Origin: Myxococcales bacterium
GTDB lineage: Bacteria > Myxococcota_A > UBA9042 > JABWCM01 > BTVJ01
Direction: 5' to 3'
NCBI GenBank assembly: GCA_045863395.1
Contig: BTVJ01000027.1
Span: 28,549 to 92,548 of the forward strand
Length of the DNA stretch: 64,000 bases
The first letter of the stretch is position 1, and every line of letters starts with the position of its first letter. A program made the translations under genes and the position numbers. The notes beneath the pieces were generated by a model. It searched no databases. It was not told the DNA's origin and was given only the letters and a program-made list of their open reading frames with translations. Positions 33,633 through 44,737 of this stretch are shown one piece after another.

Positions 33633-35192
33633 CTACGAGTCCTGCGACAGCGTCGCGTCGTACAGCACCTCGCCCGTCGGGCCGTCGGTGAACCGGACGC
33701 GGACCGAGTCCGTCGCGGGGTCGAAGGTGAGGGTCGTGGCGCTGTGGTTGTTGAAGGAGGCGTAGGCGAACTGCTCGGGCGGGTAGACCTCCACCCACGT
33801 GGCGGGGTTGTTGTCCGTCAGGAGCACGAGCGGGTTCTGGTTGCTGCCGCCCGGGCCACCGAGGATCTCCCACATGCGGCGGCGGGGCCCCTCGGTCTCG
33901 ACCCGCATCACGGCGCCGATGTGGAAATCGCCGCCCAGCCACCAGACGTTGGTGATGTCGTTGTCGACGATGTGGTCGAGCAGCTCCTCGCGCTGCTTGA
34001 CGTAGCCTTGCCAGCGGTCGTGCTCGAGCGCCCAGTAGATGTTGAGCTTGGAGACGGGGACCGAGCTCATCATCACCTTGAAGTGGCACGGGCTGTCGGA
34101 GAGCGCCTGCTTCACCCAGGCCATCTGCTCTTTGGAGATGTAGATGTCCTCCCCGCCGATGGTCTCGGGCTTGCGCTCGCTGCGGCAGTCCATGACGAAG
34201 ATCTCGACCGTGTGGCCCCAGCGGTAGCTCGCCCAGAAGCGGTCGCCGTCGCGCCGGGGGACGGGGAGCGCCTCGAAGAAGGAGTCCCGCGCGGCCTGCA
34301 GGCGGTCTGGCGGCAGGTCGAAGCGCTGGTCGTTGTTGGCGATCTCGTGGTCGTCCCAGGTCACGTACAGGCCCGCCGCCGTGAGCAGCTTGCGGTAGTT
34401 GGGCTCCGACAGGGTCTGGCGCCAGAGCGCGCGGTACTCCTCCAGGGTGGTCGCCTCGTCGTTGTAGCTGACGTCGCCCAGGTGGCACATGGCGTCGATG
34501 CCCTGGTCCGCCACGAGGCCGATGGCCGTGAACGGCTGCTGCACCCACTTCGTGCACGACGCGGCGCCGAGGGTCACGGGCGAGAGGTCCCCCGGCGCGG
34601 GAGCCATGCGGACCCGGCCGATGGCAGAGCGAGCGGAGAAGGGCGCGCCCGTGAACAGGGCGTAGCGGTAGACCGTGCCCGGGAGCAGCCCGTCGACGGC
34701 CTCCTTCACGTAGCCGTCCTTGCCCGACACCGCGCGGTCGACCGCGAGGGCCACGTGCCCGGGCGAGGCGCCGTCGCGCCACATGCGGAGCGTGCCCTCC
34801 CCGATGCCGCAGACCAGCGCCGTGCCCGCGCCCACTGCGCCCGCCGAGACCCCCACGGGGAACAGCGCGGGGTCCTCCGGGACGGCGTCTGGATCGAAGG
34901 CGGTCTCCACGGCCCCGTCGTCCGGCGGAGATCCCGGAGCATCCGTCGTGCTGTCGGTCGCGCCGTGCGTGTCCGCGCCCGTGGTCGTGTCGCCGTCTGC
35001 GCCCGCCGCGTCCGCGCCCGGCTCGCCCGCCGAGGTCCCGTCCGCCCCGCCGTCGCAGCCCAGCGCCCCGAGCAGCGGAACCGCGACCGCCGCCTCGATG
35101 CCCAGCGCCAGGAAGGTGCGCCGATCCAGGGAGCCCTCGCCAGCCCCTCGGCCTCGCCCCGCCCCGATCTCACCACCGGTGCGTCTCTTCAT
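33633..35192 (-). CDS. phoD: Alkaline phosphatase D family protein, Tat-exported
   Basis: DRRTFL Tat motif; ASC, HLGDVSY, TWDDHEIAN, DCRSER, GGDFH. Confidence 0.85.
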   Translation of the reverse strand: MKRRTGGEIGAGRGRGAGEGSLDRRTFLALGIEAAVAVPLLGALGCDGGADGTSAGEPGADAAGADGDTTTGADTHGATDSTTDAPGSPPDDGAVETAFDPDAVPEDPALFPVGVSAGAVGAGTALVCGIGEGTLRMWRDGASPGHVALAVDRAVSGKDGYVKEAVDGLLPGTVYRYALFTGAPFSARSAIGRVRMAPAPGDLSPVTLGAASCTKWVQQPFTAIGLVADQGIDAMCHLGDVSYNDEATTLEEYRALWRQTLSEPNYRKLLTAAGLYVTWDDHEIANNDQRFDLPPDRLQAARDSFFEALPVPRRDGDRFWASYRWGHTVEIFVMDCRSERKPETIGGEDIYISKEQMAWVKQALSDSPCHFKVMMSSVPVSKLNIYWALEHDRWQGYVKQREELLDHIVDNDITNVWWLGGDFHIGAVMRVETEGPRRRMWEILGGPGGSNQNPLVLLTDNNPATWVEVYPPEQFAYASFNNHSATTLTFDPATDSVRVRFTDGPTGEVLYDATLSQDS

Positions 35193-35205
35193 GCTCCCGC
35201 CTCGC

Positions 35206-36852
<1,647 letters not shown>

Positions 36853-36931
36853 TCACCTCCTGGCCGGCGACCGTACCACAACGCAGTGGGGTTGAGGAGG
36901 CTCGGGGAGCCGGGGCCGGTGACCGCGAGGA

Positions 36932-38149
36932 TCAGGCCGCGCGCTTGCGTCGCATCCGCGCCAGGACCACCGCCGCGAGCCCGAGGAGCGCCACTCCCGC
37001 AACGATCCCCGCCACCGTGGACGTCGGGACGTTGCCCGTGAAGCGGTCGTGGATGGGGTCGAACAGCTCGGCCGCGTCCGGCTTCAGCTCGCCGCGCGCC
37101 ACGCGCTCCATGTGGGCGAGCATGTCGCGGACCCGCTTCTCCTTGCCCTCGGACCAGAAGGAGCCCCGCGCGCGGTTCTCGTCCATGATCTTGAGGTACT
37201 CCTTCATGTCGTCGACGGCCTTCTGCGGGTCCTTGCGGTGCCAGATCTCGGCGCGGCAGTAGAAGGCGTCCGCGTCGTGGCGGCCGAGCGCCACGGCCTT
37301 CTCGATCTCCTCCTCGGCTTTCGCCTGCTCCCCCGTGCGGAAGTGGCTGACCGCCAGGTAGATCCAGACGCGGGGCTCCCGGACGTACTTCTCCTTGGCG
37401 CGCTCCAGCCACGGGATCGCCATGCGGTAGTAGCGCTGCTTCTCCTCTACGCTGCTGCCACTCTGGTGGCCGTAGTAGTGGGCCGCGACGCCGGCCACGA
37501 AGTTGGGGAGGGGGTCATCGGGGTTGGCGTCGGCGCGGCGGCCCAGCTCCTCCACCCACTGGGGGGTCGGGTGGCTGCTGGCGAGGGCGGCGACCAGGGT
37601 GCCGAGGACGCCCTGCTGGACGTGCTGGGCCACCTCGTACAGCAGCGCGTAGGCCTCCTCGGCCCGATCCTGCTTGTAGAGCTCCACGGCCTTCTCGTAT
37701 TTGGCCTGCTGCTCGTCGGTGGCGCCGACCAGGCGGAACAGAGGCACGCTCGGAGAGAAGCCGGCCGTCTTGCCCCCCCGACCAGGCACGACCTCGGCCC
37801 ACGCGAACTCCGCCTCTTGCTCCCGGATGCGGGAGAGGAGGCCCTCGACCAGCGGGGCAGGGGCGACGCCGGTGATCGCCAGCTTCTCGGTCTTGCCGAG
37901 GGGGGCCTCTGCCGCATCGGGATGCACGAGGGTCAGCTCGACGGTGTCTGCGCCGCACGTGTACTTCGCGCGCACCAAGGTCTTGTCGATGCTCGCCGTG
38001 TCCAGCACGCAGCCGCCTATCTCGCCCGCTCCGACGCCGAGCATCAGGCCGACGCGCTCGCCTTGTTCCGCGGGGATGACGCGGCTCGGAGGTTGCGCGG
38101 CAGCCGGGGACGCGAGGATGGCGACGACGATGAGGGCTCGGGTGATCAT
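36932..38149 (-). CDS. Exported TPR-repeat protein with C-terminal membrane anchor
   Basis: Signal peptide, TPR-like helices, C-terminal TM followed by RMRRKR. Confidence 0.7.
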   Translation of the reverse strand: MITRALIVVAILASPAAAQPPSRVIPAEQGERVGLMLGVGAGEIGGCVLDTASIDKTLVRAKYTCGADTVELTLVHPDAAEAPLGKTEKLAITGVAPAPLVEGLLSRIREQEAEFAWAEVVPGRGGKTAGFSPSVPLFRLVGATDEQQAKYEKAVELYKQDRAEEAYALLYEVAQHVQQGVLGTLVAALASSHPTPQWVEELGRRADANPDDPLPNFVAGVAAHYYGHQSGSSVEEKQRYYRMAIPWLERAKEKYVREPRVWIYLAVSHFRTGEQAKAEEEIEKAVALGRHDADAFYCRAEIWHRKDPQKAVDDMKEYLKIMDENRARGSFWSEGKEKRVRDMLAHMERVARGELKPDAAELFDPIHDRFTGNVPTSTVAGIVAGVALLGLAAVVLARMRRKRAA

Positions 38150-38181
38150 CGCCGCACGCTAGCCCGGGTGTGCTCCTACCG

Positions 38182-39780
38182 TCAAGGTTCGCCGTCCGGG
38201 TAGACGCGATAGAACCCCACCAGCAGCTCGGGCGCCGTCCCGTAGTAGGGGATCCAGACGTCTCCGTGGTTCGGGACCGTCCGCTCGAAGAGGGGCTCGA
38301 GGCGCATGGACGCGCGCAGCTCCGCGCAGGAGCGCCGCTCCTGTGTGCCCTCCGGCGCAGGCAGCCCCCACGGCCGGAAGCGGGCGTAGCACCGCAGCCC
38401 GAGGAAGGCGTAGACCGGGACGCGCCAGTCCGGGCGCTCAAGGAACTCCGTGATCGCCATGGAGTGCTGCTCGGGCCCCAGCCTGTAGTCGGGGAAGAAC
38501 AGGTGCGTGAAGCGCTCGTCCCGCTCCTTCGCCCCCGGCTTGAGCAGGGTCAACGGCCCGCCTGGCAGCAGCGCCGTCGCCTCCTCGACGAGCGCCTCCT
38601 CCGTCCGCTCGTTGGTCGGCTGCCAGAGCTGGATCGCGGTGCGCGCGGCGGTCCCCGCGACGAGCGCTCCGATCAGGCCCGCGGCCACCAGCCGCCCCGC
38701 TCGCACCCGGTCGACCACCCGCACGGCCCCCAGCGACGCGAGCATGGTCACGAACAGCGCCTCGGGCACCCCGACCCGGGCCGCGTTGGCCCAGTCGCAG
38801 TCCGACAGGGTCACCACGTGGGCGAAGAGCGCGATGGCGATGAGGGCGAGCACCCGGAGGCGGCCGATGGGGGACGGCAGAATCAGCGGCACCAGCGCCA
38901 GGACCAGGAGCGGCGGCGGGTAGAGCAGGGGGTGGAGCACCGCGTGCCGGTGCGGCTCCCAGGAAGGCATCATCAGGAGCGGGCCTGGCAGGCTCCCGCG
39001 GCTGCGCAGCAGGTCGATGGACTGGAGCACGTGCAGGACGTGGGGCACGAGCAGGGCCGCGCCCAGCAGGGCCGCTACGACGATCACCGGGTCCCTCCAG
39101 GGCGCGCGATGGACGCCGTGCATCACCGTAACCAGCGGCAAGAGCACCGTGAGGAACAGGGGCTGCTCGGGCCGCGAGATGGCGACCAGCATCAGCGCGG
39201 GCATGGCGGCCACGGCGCTCCACCGGCTCCCGTCCAGCCCGTCGAGCCACAGGAGGAGGCCCGTACAGAGCCACAGCAGCACGGGCACGTTGTTGGCGTC
39301 GGACGTGTCGTTGCGCACGAGCAGCGGCAGGAGCGCCACGATCCAGGCGAACACCAGCGCCGCCCGTGGCTCCCGCAGCAGGCGCCCGGCCAGCACCGCC
39401 AACAGCGGCAGCGTGAGGATCCCGATGACCGTGTTGGTCCACATCAGGGTGAGGTGGTCCGCGGGCAGGAACGAGAACACCAGGTTGTAGAAGGTGGCCG
39501 TCCCGATGCCGTAGTGCGGCACGGGGAACAGGCGGATGGCCTCGGCGGTCGCCCGGTAGCCGATGAACACCGTCGCGATGAGCTTGGGCGCCAGCAGGCG
39601 CAGGACCGCGCCCACGAGCACGGCCCCGGCCAGCGTCCAGACAGAGCGGCGCCCCCAGCCGGCCACCTCGCGGCGCACGACCATGAGAGCGAGGGGGACG
39701 CACGCCGCCATGAGGCCCAGCAGCGTGGCGGCCACCGCCCACTGGGCCATTGCGAGGTTCTGGGAGGAGAAGAGCGTCAT
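38182..39780 (-). CDS. Polytopic membrane protein, probable GT-C glycosyltransferase
   Basis: About 12 TM segments with an SRPEQ loop, like PMT/ArnT-type proteins. Start uncertain. Confidence 0.5.
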   Translation of the reverse strand: MTLFSSQNLAMAQWAVAATLLGLMAACVPLALMVVRREVAGWGRRSVWTLAGAVLVGAVLRLLAPKLIATVFIGYRATAEAIRLFPVPHYGIGTATFYNLVFSFLPADHLTLMWTNTVIGILTLPLLAVLAGRLLREPRAALVFAWIVALLPLLVRNDTSDANNVPVLLWLCTGLLLWLDGLDGSRWSAVAAMPALMLVAISRPEQPLFLTVLLPLVTVMHGVHRAPWRDPVIVVAALLGAALLVPHVLHVLQSIDLLRSRGSLPGPLLMMPSWEPHRHAVLHPLLYPPPLLVLALVPLILPSPIGRLRVLALIAIALFAHVVTLSDCDWANAARVGVPEALFVTMLASLGAVRVVDRVRAGRLVAAGLIGALVAGTAARTAIQLWQPTNERTEEALVEEATALLPGGPLTLLKPGAKERDERFTHLFFPDYRLGPEQHSMAITEFLERPDWRVPVYAFLGLRCYARFRPWGLPAPEGTQERRSCAELRASMRLEPLFERTVPNHGDVWIPYYGTAPELLVGFYRVYPDGEP

Positions 39781-39869
39781 ACCTTGCTCGGGGTGACCGG
39801 TCGGTGCCACTCTACGTGGAGTGCGCCAGCACCGTCCAGGCGCGCCGCTCGTCCACCGTGGAGCCACCC

Positions 39870-40238
39870 ATGCCCGAGCTGCCCCGACCCGACGCCATCC
39901 GCGCCCTCCGCTCGCGCTACGAGGCGCTCGGTGCCGTGGTCCAGGCGGAGCTGGACGGCCTGAGCCGCGACGGGTCCCAGGCCGTCCACGAGGCGCGGAT
40001 GCGGGGACTGGAGCGCCGCCGGCACCGCCTCATCGACACCATCGAGGCCTGCGCCGCCGCGGTGGAGGCCGAGTCGCCGGAGGCCCCGCGGCTCCTGGAG
40101 CGCCTCGACGTCGCCATCCGCGCCTTCGAGCCCGACGCCGCCGTGCTCCGCGGCGGACGCCTGGAGCCGCTGCCCGCGCTGCCTTGGGAGGCACACGAGC
40201 CCAGCGGGCGTCGCCCACACCTCCGCGTCATCCGCTGA
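39870..40238 (+). CDS. Hypothetical helical protein
   Basis: GGAG RBS, GC-biased third codon positions, ends in PHLRVIR. Confidence 0.55.
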   Translation: MPELPRPDAIRALRSRYEALGAVVQAELDGLSRDGSQAVHEARMRGLERRRHRLIDTIEACAAAVEAESPEAPRLLERLDVAIRAFEPDAAVLRGGRLEPLPALPWEAHEPSGRRPHLRVIR

Positions 40239-40308
40239 TAGCGGGTCGCTTGCGCCACTCGACTTCTGTATCATGGCGGCGTTCTGCCATGTAGCCCCGG
40301 AGGTCGCC

Positions 40309-43300
40309 GTGAGGATCAGCCGCTTCGCCGTCGGAGTCGCCCTGGCACTGCTCGCTTCTTGCACCGATTCTGGCCGCCTCGGCGGAGGCTCCAGTGACAT
40401 CCTTGACGCAGGCCCCGGCGCCGACGGGCAGGTGGACGGGGTCAGCGGCTCTGGTGACATCGGGACCCTCGGCGGTTCCAAGGACACGGGCTCCGCCACC
40501 GCAGACGCGGGCGGCGGGGACACGGGCGGTGGCATCGACATCGGCCCCCCGAACGAGTGCCCCGAGGCCCCTTATGCATTCGGGTGCGCCTGCGAGGGCA
40601 ACGACGACTGCGCCAGCGGCTGGTGCGTCGAGGCGATCACCGGCCACATCTGCACCCAGGAGTGCATCAGCGAGTGCCCGAACGGCTGGGCGTGCCTGCC
40701 GGTCCACAACGTGGGGGAGGACGTGGCCTACATCTGCGTGCCGAGCCTCCCCGAGCTGTGCGCGCCCTGCGCCGCGGACAAGGACTGCGGCGGCCCCGTG
40801 GACCTGTGCGTTGGCATGGGCGCCAAGGGCGACACGGTCTGCACCGGCGCCTGCGCCCCCGGCAACAAGTGCCCGGCCGGCTTCATCTGCGCCGGGGTCA
40901 CGAGCGTCGACGGCACCTCGGCGGCCCAGTGCGTGCCCGTGACCAACTCCTGCGAGTGCACGGACGAGCTGGACGGCACGTCGCAGCCCTGTGCGGTGCA
41001 GAACGAGCACGGCAAGTGCTACGGCGAGCGCGTGTGCAACGGCGCCCAGGGGTGGACGTCGTGCAGCGCCAAGCAGCCGGCGGTCGAGACGTGCAACGGC
41101 CTCGACGACGACTGCGACGGCGAGGCGGACGAGGATCTTGCTGACGAGCCCTGCACCGTCCAGAACGAGCACGGCGGCTGCCCGGGCACCGCCGAGTGCC
41201 AAGGCAAGAAGGGGTACGTGTGCCTGGGGACCGCGGCGAAGGCCGAGACCTGCAATGGCCTGGACGACGACTGCGACGGCCAGGTCGACGAGGGAATGCC
41301 AGACCTGGACGGGGACGGGACGCCGGACTGCACCGACGACGACATGGACGGCGACGGCTCCCCCAACGGCGAGGACTGCGCGCCGCTGGACGCGGCCATC
41401 CACAAGGGAGCGACCGAGTCCTGCAACGGCAAGGACGACGACTGCGATGGCCAGACCGACGAGGAGGGCGCCACGGGTTGCACCGATGCCTGGGCGGACA
41501 AGGACGGTGACAGTTGGGGCGCGGGCACGGCGGTCTGCGGCTGCGCGGCCTTCCCGGGTTGGGCGCTGAAGGGCGGCGACTGCAACGATCTCGATCCCAA
41601 GGCCAACCCCGGCGCCATCGAGGTCTGCGGCGGCGGCGACGAGGACTGCGACGGCGAGGTGGACGAGGGCGACGCCGCCTGCTTCGACGCGTGGAACGAC
41701 AAGGACGGCGACGGGTTCGGCGGCGGGACTCCCTCCTGCGTGTGTGTGCTGCCCGCGGGCTGGGTCACCAAGGGTGGCGACTGCGACGACCTCAACGGCA
41801 AGGCGAACCCCGACGGCGCCGAGGCGTGCGGCGGGGGCGACGAGGACTGCGACGGCCAGGTGGACGAGGGTGCGGCAGTCGGGTGCCTGACCTGGTATCT
41901 CGACGCGGACAAGGATGGATGGGGTATCGAGGCTGATTCTACTTGTTCCTGCAAGCCGGCCGGATCGCACACGGCGCCGCAGGCTGGCGACTGCGCCGAT
42001 GGCAATCCGGCGGTCTCGCCGGGGGCGGCGGAGTCCTGCAACGGTCAGGACGACGACTGCGACGGGCAGGTCGACGAGCCCGGGGCGTCGGGGTGCTCGG
42101 CTGCCTATCAGGACGTGGACCAGGACGGCTACGGAGACAGCGGGGCGACCGCCTGCCTCTGTGCGCCGGACGCGGTGTTCACGGTCAGCATCGGCGGGGA
42201 CTGCGCCGACGGAGACCCAAGCATCCACCCGGCCGCTGCGGAGTCCTGCAACGGCCAGGACGATGACTGCGACGGCAGCATCGACGAGGTCGACGCCGAC
42301 GGGTGCGAGATCTGGTATCAGGACAAGGACGGCGACGGGTACGGAAATCCAGCCGTCGCCCAGTGTCTGTGCGCTCCTTCTGGCGACTACACCGCCTCGG
42401 GGGCCGGCGACTGTCTGGACGTGAACGTGTCGATCCACCCGGGCGCCCCCGAGCTGTGCAACGGCCTCGACGACGACTGCAACGGCATCGTGGACGACGG
42501 CGCCCAGGGCGGCTGTCTGTCCTATTACGCGGACGAGGACGGCGACGGGTGGGGCGACCCGAACAAGTCGGCGTGCGTCTGCGCGGCGACGGCACCCTAC
42601 GTCGTCCTCCAGGGCGGCGACTGCTACGACCAGGACCCGTCCATCAACCCGGGCGCCCCGGAGGTCTGTAACGGCCAGGACGACGACTGCGACGGCATCG
42701 TCGATGAGGCAAACGCCGTCGGGTGCCAGGCGTGGTTCGAGGATCTGGACGGCGACGGGTGGGGCACGACCAACGCCCAGTGCCTGTGCAAGCCTGGCGC
42801 GGTGTTCACCTCGGAGAAGCCGGGCGACTGCAACGACTTCGACGCCTCCATCAAGCCTGGTGCCATCGAGATCTGCGACGGCGTGGACGACAACTGCAGC
42901 GGCATGGCCGACGAGGGCTGCGACCAGGATGGGGACGGGTGGTGTACGGCCACGAAGGTGGTGGTCATCTCCGCGGCCTGCCCGAAGGGCGGGGGCGACT
43001 GCAACGACGCGACCCCGTCCGTGAACCCGGGCGTGCCCGAGAGCTGCAACGGCATCGACGACAACTGCGACGGAGAGGTCGACGAGGGCGTCCAGGCTCC
43101 CTGCGGCGGGTGCTCCAAGGTCTGCCAGTTCAAGCTGGGCCCCGGGGAGACGGCGGAGTTCGACCCGGCGAGCGGGGACGGCACGGGCCTGAGTGACGAG
43201 GGCTGGATCAAGCTCGACAGCTCCAGCATCAAGTTCACGATGCTGTGGGTGGCGAACAGCGGCGAGGGGTCCATCTCCAAGATCGACACGGAGAGCGGCA

Positions 43301-44628
43301 AGGAGACCGCGCGCTACTGGGTCTGCTCAGACCCGTCGCGCACGGCGGTGGATCTGGACGGCGCCGCCTGGGTCGGCTGCCGCGGCGACGGCAAGGTCGC
43401 GAAGATCGCCCTCGATCCGGCGAAGTGCATCGACAAGAACGGCAACGGCGCCATCGAGACCAGCAAGGACCTGGACGGCAACGGGGTCATCTCGGGCGGC
43501 GAGCTGTTGCCCGCGGGCACCGACGAGTGCGTGCTCTTCGTCGTGCAGCCGGACGGGGCGACAGTCGCCCGCGCCCTGGCCGTGGACAAGGACAACTACG
43601 CCTGGGTGGGCTTCTGGAACTCCCGCAAGCTCCACCGGCTGCACCCGACCACCGGCGCCAGCGTGGCGTCCGTGGACCTGACGTCGTACGCCAGCGGCCG
43701 TCCGTACGGCATGGCGCTCGACCAGAAGGGGCGCATCTGGGTCTCGCTCCGGGACGGCTCTCCTCCGGGCCTCGCCATGGTGGATGTGACCCAGTTCCCC
43801 ATCACCCCGAAGGTGTGGGGCACACCAGGCAGCCACAACACCTACGGCATGGCGGTGGACTCCCTCGGGCGCGTCTGGCTGGCAGGCGGTGAGGGCAAGC
43901 TGGTCTCGCGCTTCGATCCGGACACGCAGGCGTGGAAGACCACGAACCTCGGCGCATACCCCAACGTGCGCGGCATCGCGGCCAGCACCGACGGCAAGGT
44001 CTACGCCGCGCACCACAACTTCGACTCGGACTGCAACACCGCGCAGGACCACTACGTGTCGGTGTTCGACGCGGCGAGCGGCAACCACATCAGCGTCATC
44101 GACACGAACACGGGCAACCCGAAGCTGGGCCCGACGGGCGTGGCCATCGACTTCGCCGGCTATCTGTGGGCCATCAACATGTGCTCGTCCAACGCGACCA
44201 AGATCGACCGGGCTACGGAGACGGTGGTGGGGCACTACCCGACGGGACCCTCACCGTACACCTACAGCGATATGACGGGGTTTGCGCTGAAGACGGTGGT
44301 GGCGCCGGAGGGGCTCTACCTCCACACGTTCACCGGGTGGGAGGACGCGCCTACGCGGTGGTACCAGATCCTGGCCAGCACCTCGACACCCAACGGGACC
44401 TGGGTGGAGCTGCGCTATCGGACGGCCAACACCATCGCCGGGCTGGACCTGGCGGCCTGGAGCCCCTCGAAGGGACCATATCCCCCAGAGCTGATGCCTC
44501 TCGATCTCACCCAGGAGGGCGACATCGTCGGCAAGCACCTGCAGGTGGAGGTCAAGCTGGTGAGCTCGGCGGTCGGCCAGACGCCCATCTTGAAGAGCCT
44601 GCTGGCCGTGGCGGCGCAGGGGCAGTAG
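40309..44628 (+). CDS. Lipoprotein with MopE-type putative metal-binding repeats and a C-terminal Vgb-like beta-propeller
   Basis: LASC lipobox; many DCxD..xxPGAxExCNGxDDDCDG repeats; WVANS, PSRTAVD, YTYSDMTG propeller motifs. Confidence 0.85.
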   Translation: MRISRFAVGVALALLASCTDSGRLGGGSSDILDAGPGADGQVDGVSGSGDIGTLGGSKDTGSATADAGGGDTGGGIDIGPPNECPEAPYAFGCACEGNDDCASGWCVEAITGHICTQECISECPNGWACLPVHNVGEDVAYICVPSLPELCAPCAADKDCGGPVDLCVGMGAKGDTVCTGACAPGNKCPAGFICAGVTSVDGTSAAQCVPVTNSCECTDELDGTSQPCAVQNEHGKCYGERVCNGAQGWTSCSAKQPAVETCNGLDDDCDGEADEDLADEPCTVQNEHGGCPGTAECQGKKGYVCLGTAAKAETCNGLDDDCDGQVDEGMPDLDGDGTPDCTDDDMDGDGSPNGEDCAPLDAAIHKGATESCNGKDDDCDGQTDEEGATGCTDAWADKDGDSWGAGTAVCGCAAFPGWALKGGDCNDLDPKANPGAIEVCGGGDEDCDGEVDEGDAACFDAWNDKDGDGFGGGTPSCVCVLPAGWVTKGGDCDDLNGKANPDGAEACGGGDEDCDGQVDEGAAVGCLTWYLDADKDGWGIEADSTCSCKPAGSHTAPQAGDCADGNPAVSPGAAESCNGQDDDCDGQVDEPGASGCSAAYQDVDQDGYGDSGATACLCAPDAVFTVSIGGDCADGDPSIHPAAAESCNGQDDDCDGSIDEVDADGCEIWYQDKDGDGYGNPAVAQCLCAPSGDYTASGAGDCLDVNVSIHPGAPELCNGLDDDCNGIVDDGAQGGCLSYYADEDGDGWGDPNKSACVCAATAPYVVLQGGDCYDQDPSINPGAPEVCNGQDDDCDGIVDEANAVGCQAWFEDLDGDGWGTTNAQCLCKPGAVFTSEKPGDCNDFDASIKPGAIEICDGVDDNCSGMADEGCDQDGDGWCTATKVVVISAACPKGGGDCNDATPSVNPGVPESCNGIDDNCDGEVDEGVQAPCGGCSKVCQFKLGPGETAEFDPASGDGTGLSDEGWIKLDSSSIKFTMLWVANSGEGSISKIDTESGKETARYWVCSDPSRTAVDLDGAAWVGCRGDGKVAKIALDPAKCIDKNGNGAIETSKDLDGNGVISGGELLPAGTDECVLFVVQPDGATVARALAVDKDNYAWVGFWNSRKLHRLHPTTGASVASVDLTSYASGRPYGMALDQKGRIWVSLRDGSPPGLAMVDVTQFPITPKVWGTPGSHNTYGMAVDSLGRVWLAGGEGKLVSRFDPDTQAWKTTNLGAYPNVRGIAASTDGKVYAAHHNFDSDCNTAQDHYVSVFDAASGNHISVIDTNTGNPKLGPTGVAIDFAGYLWAINMCSSNATKIDRATETVVGHYPTGPSPYTYSDMTGFALKTVVAPEGLYLHTFTGWEDAPTRWYQILASTSTPNGTWVELRYRTANTIAGLDLAAWSPSKGPYPPELMPLDLTQEGDIVGKHLQVEVKLVSSAVGQTPILKSLLAVAAQGQ

Positions 44629-44737
44629 GCCCGACCCGCGCCCGCCCGCCCCTCGACCGCGCACCGCCCGCCTGCTTCGTTTTCCCATTGGCGCTTTGGT
44701 GCTATGCTCCGCCCCTCCTGAGAGGTGGGCGCGCGGT

